DNA from: Massalongia carnosa | Lineage: Eukaryota | Reading direction: 5' to 3' | Assembly: GCA_965645245.1 (NCBI GenBank) | Contig: OZ287084.1 | Location: 1,426,001-1,490,000 of the forward strand | Length of the DNA: 64,000 bases | Shown here: positions 44,804 through 57,289 of the stretch, piece by piece | Position numbering within the stretch: the stretch's first letter is position 1 | Layout of the letters: every line of letters starts with the position of its first letter | Notes under the pieces: generated by a model | Told to the model about the DNA's origin: nothing | Databases searched by the model: none | The model's input: the letters and a program-made list of their open reading frames with translations, nothing else | Translations under genes and position numbers: made by a program

Positions 44804-47800
44804 TTGGGACCAATTACATTCTACATAGTGAAAGTTAATACACCGTTCCTACTATGTCTGGCAGACATGGACCGGTTGGGAGCATTTTTCAACAATACCA
44901 TTAACCAAGTTGTCCAAATCGGGCCCGGCACCGGTCGTTCTCATCCAGTCATTCGGCCGTACGGTCACGCATTTCTTCTATGGCGTACATCTGCTTACTC
45001 GGTCATCACCGAGTCTCTCAGCCAGAATCCTTGCTTTCTGACCGAAATAGAATTACGTCGCCTGCACCGCCGCTTCGGACATCCATCAGTACGCCGCCTA
45101 CATCAGATTCTAGAACGATCCGGACATGAGGTGGAAATGCAGGCATTGCAGCATTTGACCAAATATTGCGAGCATTGCCAAAAGTATGGAAAATCGCCTG
45201 GCCGATTCAACTTCAACATTAAGGAAGACGATATCAACTTCAATTTCAACGTCATAGTGGACATTCTTTACATACAAGGCAAACTGGTTCTACATCTGGT
45301 CGATGAAGCTACTCGGTTTCAGGCGGGACGATGGTTAAAAGACATCTCTGCCCGGCATGTTTGGGACCAGCTGCGGACCTGCTGGATCGATACCTATCTC
45401 GGCCCACCAGATATCATCTCCTCCGATGCAGGGAAGCAATTTACATCTCGGGAATTTAAGCAATACGCGGCAAATATGGGAATTGTCATTAAGAATGTTC
45501 CAGTGGAAGCTCATCATTCCATTGGAATGGTTGAACGGTACCATGGACCACTACATCGGGTATACAATATAATCACTTCTGAAATTCCCGGGATCGACCC
45601 TGCGCTGGCCCTGCAGATGGCATTCAAGGCAATCAATGACTCGGTCGGTCCGAATGGACTAGTGCCCACTCTATTGGTATTCGGAGCGTACCCAAGAATG
45701 GTGGAGTCAGATACCACTCCGACAATTACTCAACGCGCTGTAGCCATGCGGAAGGCAACGGATGAGGTCAGAAAAAGCATAGCATCCCGTCAGATCAACG
45801 ATGCGCTTAATACTAGAAATGGACCATCTACGGATTCCATACATGGACTGTCACTAAATTCCCCTGTCCTAGTATTCCGAGAGGGTAATGCGGGACAGAC
45901 GGGGTCATGGAAGGGACCGTTCCGACTCATCTCCATGCAGGATGAGTCGATCATCGTCGAATTGCCAACTGGTCCGACCAAATTTAGAAGCACGTCAGTC
46001 AAACCATACTACCATCTAAATCCGAGAATGAAATTCCAAATAACGCAGAATCGGACCCGACAAATCATGAACCACAGAATCCCGAGTCCGATCCAATCTC
46101 GGAACCAGTCTCGGCACCAGTCAAACGTGGCCGCGGGAGGCCCAGAAAGCATCCAGCCCAGGCTAACCTTTGTTTCGTCATGAAAGAAGACGAAAATCAA
46201 TTTCCCATGAAAAAGGGAAACCAATTTACCGCATCAAGGCAAAAAGAAATTTCCGGACTACTGGAAAAAGGAGTATTCAAACTCGTTCAATTCGAAGACA
46301 TCCCGGCCGGTGCCCGAGTCTTCAATTCCCGATTTGTAGATGAGATAAAGAATGCCGGGACTGAAAAAGTATTCGAAAAATCGAGACTAGTGCTACAGGC
46401 CTACAACGATATCAATAAAAGCCTGGTACTGACTCAATCACCGACAATCCAAAGGGTGAGTCAGCGACTACTATTCTGCCTCGCTACCACCATTTCGAAC
46501 ACTAAGCTCTACCTTCGAGACGTTACTCAAGCGTACGTTCAATCAACGTCAGATTTGAATCGAGACTTCTACATTCGCCCGCCTCATGAATTAGCTACGC
46601 TACTAGGTGCCCCATCCGACTGCATACTTCAGGTCGTAAAACCACTATACGGGGTCCCGGAGGCAGGTAATCATTGGTTCGCTACCTACCACGGGCATCA
46701 TCTGAATAGACTCGGGATGACGGAGTCGACATACGATCCGTGCCTACTGTATAAGACCAATTCATCGGAATTCGGAATCGTCGGAATGCAAACCGACGAT
46801 ACATTAATTCTAGCCAATGACATCTTCGCTACCAAAGAGGAAAAAGCCATCAAGGAAGCAAACATCCTGACCAAGCAACGGGACTGCCTCACCCCTGGCA
46901 GCCCAATCAAATTCAACGGAACCAAGATCGACCTAGGCCCAAACGGGGAAATTAAAGTCACGACCAATGCTGAAGGCATTTCATTAATAGCAAATCACAA
47001 TGCCGCATCAACTAGCTCCAAGGGAAAAGTCCGGCCCAGGCTATCACCAAAAGACCAATATGTGGCCCAACGGGCACGAGGTGCATACATCGCCTCAATC
47101 TGCCAACCAGAGGCAGCTTTTGATCTGTCCCATGCGGCGCAGTCCATCGAATTTTCATCAGATGATGTTGCCCTACTAAATGAGCGCCTGGATTGGCAAT
47201 TGGAAAATAAGACAAGGGGTTTAAAGTATGTCCAACTAGATCAGAATTCACTTCAACTAGTCGTCTTCACCGACGCCTCATTTGCAAATAACCGGGATTT
47301 GTCGTCGCAAATTGGATTTGTCATCTGCATTGCAGACTCAACAGGCAAAGCCAACATCATTCACTGGTCGTCAATCAAGTGCAAACGAGTCACCAGAAGC
47401 GTATTAGCTGCGGAACTGTACGGCATGGCACATGGCTTTGACACCGGCGCGGTGGTCAAGGCTACTCTAACAAAGATGCTCGGGTAGTCTAGATCTAAAC
47501 ATGAGATTCCGTTGATACTGTGTACGGATTCCAAATCATTATATGATTGTTTGGTCCGATTGGGAACGACCAATGAGAAACGTTTGATGATCGATGTAAT
47601 GAGCCTCCGACAGTCATATGAAAGGCGAGAAGTGACAGAAGTAAAGTGGATTCATGGTCAGAATAACCCGGCAGATTCAATGACCAAATCCAAACCATCT
47701 TCGGCACTAAAGGCAGTCATCGACATCAATCAGATCAACCTGGACACTTCCGAATGGGTAGAACGGGAGTTCAAAAAGGGAGCTGGGAATCAGGGGTAGG

Positions 47801-48110
47801 AATCGAGGCAAAGGGTAAATTCCGGTCAAAAAGCGACCATTTTTTCCATCTTTCAAAGAGTGCCCAGTGTAGGTACCAAAAGGGGGATTCCAGAAGGGGA
47901 TTCTAGGGGGATTCTAGAAGGAAGGGGACTAGCCAGATAAGGCTAGAATGGAATGGATCGGAAGGGCTAGAACAAGCGGGCACGTGCTTATCACGTGTTC
48001 GCCCACTATAGATAGTAGCCCTTCCCAGATAGAATCCATTCATCATCCACCAAACCAAGCACCAAGACGTAGTCATCGTATTACGCCAGGTGCAAGTAGG
48101 TGGACCCACA
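44804..48110 (+). mobile_element. 5'-truncated Ty1/copia element (possibly GalEa-like) with a 3' LTR at 47868-48110; pol pseudogene
   Basis: Order INT (LHRRFGHPS, CEHC), RT (QTDD), RH (FTDASF, EKRLMID, NPADSMTK). Frameshift near 46020-46180 and TAG at 47485. LTR TGTAGG..CCCACA. Confidence 0.88.
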
Positions 48111-48749
48111 ATTAGATTTCTCGCAGTTAACTTATTAGTAATTCAGAAATGAATATTTCAAATAATTCTCATTTAACTAATACTTGATTTTTTTACGTAT
48201 TTTTACTGATTATAAAAACGTTTTATTAACGTTACAGGTTTACAAAATTCTATAAAAAAATTCTTTAAAGTTTTTTTTTATTAAATTTTTTAAATATCAA
48301 TTTTATCTTCTTTAATATTATCAAGTAAAATTACAGGGAAATAATATTTCTTGACTTTCTTTTTTATTATTTAAAGTTCATAAGACACATGCGAAGACAT
48401 AAACAAAAATTCAATATAAAGTTTTAAGTCTTCCAAATTTTGTGCTGTTACATTTTAAACTTTAAGATTCGCGCACTGTTTTCAAGAAATCTGTTGAATG
48501 GCGGTTGCGATTATGGTTATAATGGCTTATTGGGCTCACTGCGTGGATAGCGGGTAGTCTAATCTTCTCTAGGAAGGTTTTAGGTTTAGCGTGCTTTGCC
48601 CTTTGGTGAAAAGTCTGCTCTTTTCCTTTCAGATAGCTATATAGTCAATGCGATTACCTGCAACCAGAGTCTCCTTTTAACTGGTTATGAGCACGGTCAG
48701 CAACAAGCTTCCGAACATCAGAAAAGGATATAGCTCTTCGCAAATCGCT

Positions 48750-48936
48750 ATCTCGGCAGCTCGACTACGATTCCTTTAGGTAGGAAGAATCAGCACCTCG
48801 GCAGCTCCTTACGATTCCTATGGTAGGATAAACCAGCACCTCGGCAGCTCCTTACGATTCCTATGGTAGGATAAACCAGCACCTCGGCAGCTCCTTACGA
48901 TTCCTGTGGCAGGATAAACCAGCACTCCCGGCAGCT
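48750..48936 (+). repeat. 43-bp tandem repeat (~4 units) in the copia 5' leader
   Basis: CAGCACCTCGGCAGCTCCTTACGATTCCTATGGTAGGATAAAC starts at 48791, 48834 and 48877, with partial copies at 48920 and ~48750. Confidence 0.9.
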
Positions 48937-48975
48937 TGATACGACGGATCCAACAAGCACAATCAAATATCAAAA

Positions 48976-51900
48976 ATGACAACAATCGCAGACGATCTAG
49001 CGAAAAGAAGACCCTTGCCCGTTCTGACAAGGGAGAACTATCAAAGATGGTTCGAGCTGGCCGAAATGCATTTCGAAGCGGAAGGCATCTTTCATACAAT
49101 AAGCGAGCCACAGCCCAATTCCTCGTACCTTCAGCAGCGAATGGACAAATTAAGCCTTGATGGAAAAGGAATAGATAAATCAGACACACCCCTCACCCCG
49201 GAAACCCTAATTATCGATTCGGAAAGATGGAGAAAGGACAACGCTAAAGCATGCTATCTTATAACCATCTGCTTAAGCCAATTCGATCAAGAACGCGTAA
49301 GAGTGATGAAGACAGCGGCGGAAAAGTGGACCTCGCTGTTAAGCAAGTACAACAGCATCCTTCCCACTTCAGGAAGACATTACCTTCAAGAGCTGGTGTC
49401 ATATAAAATGAAAGAGAACACCACCGTTCAGGAAGCATGGGGGGAACTTTTGTTGTTGAGAGACAAGGTCGTCATGGCCACACCCACACTTCGAGACGCA
49501 TTTCCCACTCGGCAACTATTCCAATTACTCTTACAATCTCTCCCAGCCGAGTACGCGGTCATTAGGGACGGAATTGATGCAATTGGGGGAGTAGATGCCG
49601 AAATTGGCATAAAAAGGTTGGAAGACAAAGAAATTCAGCTAACACAGGCGAAAGCAGATTTAGCCTTGCTCGCAAAGCAGAAAGAACAGCGAAGAGAGCA
49701 GCGACGGCCTCTCAACCCATCCAGAAGTCAAAGCACATTCAACAACTCCAGGCAGGAGCGATCCAGACGGCACGAAAGGTCCTCAAGTGCAAAGAGAGAA
49801 ACGAAAATCAAGGACAACTCGCAAAAGGGATGCTTAATCTGTGGAGAAGTCGGCCACTGGACCAAAGAGTGCGAATTCTTGGAAAGCACTCGCAGCCACT
49901 TCAGGAGCCTCGCGAAGAAGAAGAAAGAGGTCAATAAAGGCAAATCATCCGTCAAGCGCCATCGGAGCTATCTCGCTGGCGAGTCAGAAGAAGAGGACGA
50001 GAACGATAGCTTCTCATCAGGCGACAATGACGATGATCTAGATGATCTCGAGGAAACTGCGGCCCTCTCCAGAGAAGCAGTCTGTAAGATTCCCAGATCA
50101 AAATGGGTAGCTGACTCTGGCGCATCATCCCACATGACTGACAAGCTTCAGCTCTTTAGCGGACCTCTGACAAAGATTAGAGAAAGAAGAATAAAGGTCG
50201 GCGGGGGAGAATTGAGAGCATGTCATCGCGGTACGTGCGTGATCAAGGATGGGCACGGAAATCAGGGATTTCTTTCTTCTGTCCTTTATGTCCCCAAGCT
50301 AGGGGTTAATCTCTTGTCTGGAAGGCGGATGTGCGAGAAGGGCCTCATCGGAAGTTTCGATCAGCACGGGCTGAAGATGCATGACAAGCAAGGCAAGGAG
50401 ATCATGGAGGCACGGCAGCGAGGGGGAGTATATATCGTCGAGAAAATAGCAAAGGATCTCGATGAATTCGCATTAACCGCGTCCATGCATCATGACATTG
50501 CCTTTCCAAGCAAAGTTGATATTGCATCACTCTCGTCTCCATCAGAGGCGTTAAAGCCGCGCGGCGCGGGTTTAACATGTCCAACAACACATAACAATAT
50601 GGAAATCGAGATTGAGTCAACACCCGCACTTAACCCAACCAAGACGGACAAACACTCCGAAACGTACAGGCTATGGCATCGAAGATTCGCTCACCTAGGC
50701 CGAGAAAAGCTTCGTAACCTGCATAAGGTCACCACCCTAGAAAAGCCTATTCCGGTCAGCAAAGAAGAGGATCACATTTGCGAGGTATGCGCGCTCACTA
50801 AGCTCACCAATAAAAGAGGCAAAGCGACCGAGCGAAAAACCTCTCTTCTGGCTCTGGTCTCCATCGATATTTGCGGTCCTTTGCCTGCCTCTCGAGAAGG
50901 ATACACATACTTTTTGGAAATTGTGGACAACTATTCTAGAAAGATATGGTCCATTCCACTCAAAAGGCGAGACGAAGCACCAGGTGAATTGCGAAAATGG
51001 AGAATAAAAGTCGAATTACAAAGTGCACAAAGACTATTGGCTGTACGGAGTGACAATGCCACCGAGCTGAAGGCTACTCTTGATGAATGGTGCTCCTCAA
51101 TCGGTATTATTCCGCAATACACCGTTCCTCATATGTCTATTCAGAACGGAGTCGCCGAGCGAGCAATTCGTACCACCGAGAACTCGGTGCGAGCCATGAT
51201 AAAGGACGCAGAACTCCCAATCGAATTCTGGAAGGAAGCCATGGAAACTGATGCATATCTTCGGAATCGCACGGGATGCGGACCGATCATCGACGGCTAT
51301 GCTAGCACACCGGAAGAAGCCTTCACGGGCGTCAAGCCATCCATTGATCACATTAGGGTATGGGGATGCAAATGCTATTCGTACGTCGATCCCAAATCGC
51401 TACCCGCGGGGGACAGAAGAGACAAGTTCATGGACAGAGGCAGAATCGGAGTCTTTATGGGATATGTAGAAGAGACCACTAAACAGTATCGTCTCTGGGC
51501 ACCCGACATGGGAAAAATCATCAGAAGCCATGTCGTAAAATTTGATGAAAATTTAAAAGGTGGCAGCGTTGATTTAAACTTGCGGAAGCAGACACCCAAC
51601 GTGCTACCAGAAAGACGGCCAGTAGGAAGACCACAAAAGACAAAAGAAACGAAAATCAGCGAACCCGCCAAATTAGTAGAAAGATTTTCGCATGTGGAGG
51701 TTTCTAGTCAACAGAATCAAACTCATGACCAACCAAACCCGAAAGATGATGTCACTCAAAACGTACCACCAATCCCAACTTCCGAAGAGTCGCCCATAGC
51801 GAATGATTCAATCCCAGCCGCAGCTGTGCCTAAGGCTAGCACTAGCATATTCTCTCATGTTGCAATCCCGAAGCGAAAGCGATCTGATGAAGACTCAGTT

Positions 51901-53649
51901 CCCGAAGAACCGGCTTTCAAAATACCGCGCGCTTTTCTAGCGCTGTTCGCCGACGATAATAACGAGGATGAAGATGGCTATCTCAAATTCGAATCTGCCC
52001 TATCGGCTGATGCTACTTCATTTGAAAGAAACATACCCGAGCCTAAGTCTTACAAGGAAGCAGTAAATGATCCGGTGTGGGGGGAACTATGGAAAGAAGC
52101 AGTGAACACCGAGATCAAGGCGCTCATCGGTAATAAGACTTGGAAAGAAGTTGTTCCACCTCCCAAAACGAACATCGTCACCTGCAAATGGGTGTTTAAA
52201 GTAAAAACCAACCTCGATGGCTCATTGGAGAAGTTTAAAGCAAGATTAGTCGCCCGTGGGTTTACTCAAAAATACGGCATCGACTATGAGGACACTTTCG
52301 CCCCCACGGTAAGATCAGATACCCTACGTGCAGTGCTTGCCATAGTAGCGATGGAAAACCTGGAATGTCATCAAGTGGACGTGAATAACGCATTTACCCA
52401 ATCAACCTTGAAAGATGTCATTTACATGACCGCACCGGAAGGAGTAAACGTTGCCCCTGGTAGAGTTCTTCAGATTCTGCAAAGTCTATACGGTTTAAAG
52501 CAGTCCGCCAGAGAATGGAATAGCCGCTGTACAAATGAGCTGACCAAACTAGGCTTCATTCAATGCTCATCTGACCCATGCCTATTCACTCATCCTAAAA
52601 AGGGAATCATCATATTCATGCACGTAGATGACCTGGTGATCGCCTCCAAAATGATGAAAGAGATCGATTGGTTCAAGAAAGAGTTCAATGCTGCCGTTAG
52701 CATCAAGGACCTAGGAGAAGTGTCGAAGGTTCTGGGCATACGAGTAACCAGAGATCGGAAAAATCGAACTCTTCGAATGGACCAGACGCATTATCTCAAA
52801 GATGTGATGGAGAGAACACATATGAGCGCTGACAAACACAGGCCTACCGAAATTCCAATGAACGGCTATGATTCATTGCGACCGGCTGGAAAAGATGATA
52901 AGCGCATAGATCAAAGAGAATATCAGCAAATTGTTGGAAGCCTGATGTACGCGGCAATTCATACGCGGCCAGATATAGCTTTTGCTCTTGGAAGGCTAAG
53001 CCAATATCTCAGTGATCCAGCTGCTCATCACGGTCATGCACTAAAGACGCTGCTTAGATACGTTCGGTCCACCATTGACATCGGTATACTGTATGGGGCT
53101 GGGGGGAATCATGGCCAAGGCCTCATTGGGTATTCCGACTCAGACTACGCAGCTGATAGGCTCGAAAGAAAATCGATCTTGGGATACGTGTACATGCTAG
53201 GGGGAGGGCCTATATCGTGGATGAGCAGAAAGCAAAAGTCGGTTGCTACGTCTACAACGGAGGCAGAATACATGGCCTTATCAACTTGTGCTAAGGAGGG
53301 TTTATGGCTCGTTCAGCTGATGAAAGACATAGGCTTCGAGAAATATTTCAGTCATAACGTCAATATTCGTGAGAACTTGACGCATCAAGCTGACTCCCCG
53401 ATGCGGTTAAAAGGAGATAATCAAGCCGCTATCCAACTGGCAAAAGATGCTCACATTCATGATAGATCTAAGCATATCGACGTTGCCTATCATCACATTC
53501 GGGACCTGCACAAGCGAAATCGAATTCAGGTCGAGTACATACCCAGCGGAGAGATGATTGCCGACGGCCTAACCAAGCCTCTAAATAAGCCCATCTTCAA
53601 TCGGTTCATTAGTCAATTGGGACTGCAAAAAATGGAAAGAGTAAGGTAG
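48976..53649 (+). CDS. Copia Gag-Pol polyprotein, 1557 aa, uninterrupted
   Basis: CLICGEVGHWTKEC knuckle, WVADSGASSHM protease, WHRRFAH integrase, HVDD RT, YSDSD..IADGLTK RNase H. Confidence 0.97.
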   Translation: MTTIADDLAKRRPLPVLTRENYQRWFELAEMHFEAEGIFHTISEPQPNSSYLQQRMDKLSLDGKGIDKSDTPLTPETLIIDSERWRKDNAKACYLITICLSQFDQERVRVMKTAAEKWTSLLSKYNSILPTSGRHYLQELVSYKMKENTTVQEAWGELLLLRDKVVMATPTLRDAFPTRQLFQLLLQSLPAEYAVIRDGIDAIGGVDAEIGIKRLEDKEIQLTQAKADLALLAKQKEQRREQRRPLNPSRSQSTFNNSRQERSRRHERSSSAKRETKIKDNSQKGCLICGEVGHWTKECEFLESTRSHFRSLAKKKKEVNKGKSSVKRHRSYLAGESEEEDENDSFSSGDNDDDLDDLEETAALSREAVCKIPRSKWVADSGASSHMTDKLQLFSGPLTKIRERRIKVGGGELRACHRGTCVIKDGHGNQGFLSSVLYVPKLGVNLLSGRRMCEKGLIGSFDQHGLKMHDKQGKEIMEARQRGGVYIVEKIAKDLDEFALTASMHHDIAFPSKVDIASLSSPSEALKPRGAGLTCPTTHNNMEIEIESTPALNPTKTDKHSETYRLWHRRFAHLGREKLRNLHKVTTLEKPIPVSKEEDHICEVCALTKLTNKRGKATERKTSLLALVSIDICGPLPASREGYTYFLEIVDNYSRKIWSIPLKRRDEAPGELRKWRIKVELQSAQRLLAVRSDNATELKATLDEWCSSIGIIPQYTVPHMSIQNGVAERAIRTTENSVRAMIKDAELPIEFWKEAMETDAYLRNRTGCGPIIDGYASTPEEAFTGVKPSIDHIRVWGCKCYSYVDPKSLPAGDRRDKFMDRGRIGVFMGYVEETTKQYRLWAPDMGKIIRSHVVKFDENLKGGSVDLNLRKQTPNVLPERRPVGRPQKTKETKISEPAKLVERFSHVEVSSQQNQTHDQPNPKDDVTQNVPPIPTSEESPIANDSIPAAAVPKASTSIFSHVAIPKRKRSDEDSVPEEPAFKIPRAFLALFADDNNEDEDGYLKFESALSADATSFERNIPEPKSYKEAVNDPVWGELWKEAVNTEIKALIGNKTWKEVVPPPKTNIVTCKWVFKVKTNLDGSLEKFKARLVARGFTQKYGIDYEDTFAPTVRSDTLRAVLAIVAMENLECHQVDVNNAFTQSTLKDVIYMTAPEGVNVAPGRVLQILQSLYGLKQSAREWNSRCTNELTKLGFIQCSSDPCLFTHPKKGIIIFMHVDDLVIASKMMKEIDWFKKEFNAAVSIKDLGEVSKVLGIRVTRDRKNRTLRMDQTHYLKDVMERTHMSADKHRPTEIPMNGYDSLRPAGKDDKRIDQREYQQIVGSLMYAAIHTRPDIAFALGRLSQYLSDPAAHHGHALKTLLRYVRSTIDIGILYGAGGNHGQGLIGYSDSDYAADRLERKSILGYVYMLGGGPISWMSRKQKSVATSTTEAEYMALSTCAKEGLWLVQLMKDIGFEKYFSHNVNIRENLTHQADSPMRLKGDNQAAIQLAKDAHIHDRSKHIDVAYHHIRDLHKRNRIQVEYIPSGEMIADGLTKPLNKPIFNRFISQLGLQKMERVR

Positions 53650-53958
53650 TATCGCACCGCAGGGGGACTGTTGAATGGCGGTTGCGATTATGGTTATAAT
53701 GGCTTGTTGGGCTCACTGCGTGGATAGCGGGTAGTCTAATCTTCTCTAGGAAGGTTTTAGGTTTAGCGTGCTTTGCCCTTTGGTGAAAAGTCTGCTCTTT
53801 TCCTTTCAGATAGCTATATAGTCAATGCGATTACCTGCAACCAGAGTCTCCTTTTAACTAAATCTTTTTTTTCAAACTTCTCCTCAATTTTACTTTACAC
53901 GATTTCAACATTACTTTCTATTCTCGTTTTAAAGAAGATTTTAAAGAAGAATCTCAAG

Positions 53959-55355
53959 ATGACTAACGATACTGTAAAACCGGACAAGTACTCTTCTCTC
54001 TTTTCCAATGCATCTCAGGAGAATCTCGCTCAAAACCAATCACGTAAAGCCAGTGTCATGTCTTCTATATCAGTTAATACTTCAATCTCGGATTTTATGG
54101 AGTGTAAGGTGCAAGCGGTGAAGCTCGAAAGGGAGTACCTACAAGAACTCAAAGCGGGAATTGTAGAAGCTTTCGCCGACAAAGATTCAGCAGAGGACGA
54201 ATTATGTAACGCGCTAAAGGATATCAACAATGACGATCAAAGCAAAAGGGGAGAATATGTCGCACTGAAACGTCAGCGCAAGCTCATTGAAGAGGATCTT
54301 ACTGACGGATGGCGAGAGAATATAGAGAAGGCATACTCCGCGGTGATATTGAATCGAGTACGAATAACCAAGCAGTTGCATCGCCAGTCACGCATATTCA
54401 AAAAGCATAGGCAAGAAGACTTTCGACGTGCGGTGGAATCTTATTATGATGTCGTACATGTAGAGAAGGAAGTGACTCAAGAAATCCGGACGGTGTATTG
54501 TGTTGTTAGTAGACAATGGCATCCTTCCAAGGACATGAAAGCGGCTCACCTGGTCCCAAAATCTCTTCAATCCGAGGAGCTTTCTTACCTGTTTGGTGCC
54601 GGAGACGTTCAACTTTCCGATCCTAGGAATGGTACTCGAACCCTTCCAAGCTGTTCTCCTCATCTCTGCATTTTAGCCACTTTGACTTTTTCTTGTTTGG
54701 CGATTGTAAGCAAAAGCTAAATCTTGATAAACAGGTCTTATGCTTCATTTCAAGATTGAAGAGGCTCTGGATAGAGGAGATATTGCGATTGTGCCGATCC
54801 CATCCGCAATTGGGACGATATATGATTGGAAAAGTCTTTTTACCAAAGAAAAAATGAGGAATGATACCGCGTTTCCAGGTGTCAAGTGGAAAGTACGTCA
54901 AATCCTGCTATCAACCCATCTTGTGACTGAATGTGTTCTAGGACCTCGACGAAATGGAGTTGAATTTCCGCAACTATAACCGCCCCGCACGCCGCTATCT
55001 GTATTTCAAGTACATTATTACCTATCTGACAGCTAAAGAGATTGAAGAGACGAGTTGGGCAAGCCGAAGCCAATGTCAAGGCACAATGTGGTGTTCTCCA
55101 GGCCCTTTCGTTCGAGACTCGATGCTGCGGGTACTTGCTCGTCAGGTTTCGGATCTCTACCTCCCCGAGGCATTAATCTCCGCTGGTACTTTCACAGAAG
55201 CAGCTGATATTTCAAGTCGACCAAAGGATGAGGAGCAGGTGTTGGCAATGTCATTAGGCTTGAAAATTGAAGACGAAAGGGTAGAGACATTGGAAAAGCC
55301 ATGGGAGGGTTGCGAGAGTGATGATGACGATAACGACAACGAAGACAATTATTAG
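53959..55355 (+). CDS. Coiled-coil plus HNH-endonuclease-like protein, 3 exons (53959-54631, 54735-54892, 54942-55355), ~414 aa
   Basis: Splicing two GT..AG introns gives YCVVS...KAAHLVP...DPRNGLMLHFKIEEALDRG (HNH core) then RPARRYLYF. The frame stays open. Confidence 0.8.
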
Positions 55356-56865
55356 TTGAGATCTAATGACTAGGAACGTGTAGAAGTAGGATGGCTGCTA
55401 TAGCGCAGCAGGCGTAGTGTAATACTGGTATTGAATAAGTTGTGAAGATAGTGTATGAGTAGTAGTTGTAGTAGTATCAAGAAGTGAACAGTTCAATTCC
55501 TTCATAACAATGATGACATCGTTATCAAAACATGCACCTTTTATATCAGGACTTTGTGCAACACTCAAGCCCTATCCAACCCTGCTCTTGATTATATAAC
55601 TAACGTTGTCGAAAAACATGTTACAATTACACCTAAATTTACATCGTCGTCTCCTTACTACTTCATATACATAATTCAGCAAATGGAACCACACTTCCAG
55701 ACTATGCTATAACGATGAATATCGCACCGCTTTTGCATCAGTTCTTGTGGTTTAAAGTGAAAAAATCAAAAAGTCACTTTTTTCTTTGTGGGCGTCCTGT
55801 TCACAAACTACTCGAGACTTTCCTATATCAATCAAACTGCTCGTCGTGAAGTACAACGATCTCTCGATAGAGAAATTCATGGTTAAAGTTCAATTTCTCG
55901 ATACTCTTCTTCGGATATCCGTGACTAGATGCTAATGAATCATAAATAGTTTAATACTCAAATTAACAGACTCCATGCATTCAGGAGATATATCTAAGCT
56001 AGCCTGACTCTGCCTGCGACTAAGATGGATGGTATAAAACAGAGGTTGAATCGTGAGAAGAATAGACCAAACATATCAGTGCGTGGATCCGTTATAGGTA
56101 TTACAGCGCACCTTCGCTTGTGCTGCAATCTGTACAATACATTCTACGGAAGGCTTATGGGATGATCGCAGCGAGCCAGCCTACGCACAAAAACCACACC
56201 TCTCGCAATCAAATTTCGTTCTACAATCTAGACTCGACCAGATCTGTTTCTTCAATGTCACAGTGGTCAACGCTCCCGCCATTCTCGCAGAATCGAACGC
56301 TACAGCGAGAGCATGCAACTGCACTTTTTACAGGTCCTACACGTTGCCTGTCGGCTATCAAGAACTCGCCTGGTCGTGAAAGTATGGCTCTTCGCAAATG
56401 CGATAGGCCCTCCTGAATAGAGACTGTCGGAGCTGAATGAATGTTTGAGAGTTGCTCCTGTTTGATTCAAGCGACTGGGAATACATTGATTAAAGAAATA
56501 TCAAGAACAAAGCCTTTGAGATCGTAAGCGATGACCTGACCGGCGACACCGACTGCCATCCAAAGCCACCTGGATGTTTAATAAAAGGGGCAATATATGT
56601 TGGAATAAATCCGACAAGGGTTGCGTGACTCACGTTTCTCTTGACTTATATGTCCTTTCGAGCCTGAAGTTTCAAGATAGCACGACTCTTTTATCTGTTC
56701 TTGTTATTCTACTTCTTAACGCGATGCAAAAGTAGATAACTTTATTTCAAAAACGAATAAAGGAATTCGAAAAGATGAAAATAATTGCTATAAATTGATA
56801 ATATGTTCCGTATTTGTCTTTCGTGTTGTTATGATGTTTTTAATACGTTTGTGGAGGGTGGAATG

Positions 56866-56958
56866 TGTCAGGACAGCTTTCTATAAGACAGGAAGCGGTC
56901 GCACACTTCTGCAGGGGGTGCGCGACCGCTTCCTGTCTTATAGAAAGCTGTCCTAACA
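56866..56958. mobile_element. 93-bp fold-back (palindromic) mini-element with TG..CA ends and a 5-bp TSD
   Basis: Arm TGTCAGGACAGCTTTCTATAAGACAGGAAGCGGTCGC.. and its reverse complement around a central CTGCAG; TSD GAATG at 56861-56865 and 56959-56963. Confidence 0.8.
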
Positions 56959-57289
56959 GAATGATACTCCGCTAGGTCGTTTGCCGGGTCAGGTGGTGAC
57001 TTGTCAGCTGATCAGCTGCTGGCGTCTTGGCGTTGAAGTTTTCTATTGCGTTTTTCCTTTTCCTTTCATCATTCATCCATCTAGACCACGTACATACAGC
57101 TATACTTACAGCTATCATACGTGCACTCATACAGCTAGTCAGCGATTTACATGCCTGATGATTCATCTATTTAGTGAGGCTCTTTTGATTGTTTCATCCC
57201 TCTATCGATTGCCTCCCACCCAGTTTGTTCCTCTACAACGTAATCAAACTTGACGATAAAGAACATGATCTAACCTTGAGTTCATTTGA

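Larger units (their letters stand above)
48492..53859 (+). mobile_element. Intact Ty1/copia LTR retrotransposon
   Basis: 191-bp LTRs at 48492-48682 and 53669-53859 (1 mismatch seen); TSD AAATC; PBS GGTTATGAGC; PPT AGGGGGA. Confidence 0.97.

Noticed and set aside
48750..48936. 43-bp repeats as a CRISPR-like array
   Set aside because: Head-to-tail units with no unique spacers, inside a copia leader in a eukaryotic genome.
53773..53958. N-terminal extension of the HNH ORF given in the ORF track
   Set aside because: It starts at a TTG inside the copia LTR; the plausible start is the ATG at 53959.
55356..56860. Short ORFs in the intergenic region
   Set aside because: No motifs, splice-consistent frames or repeats that I could support.
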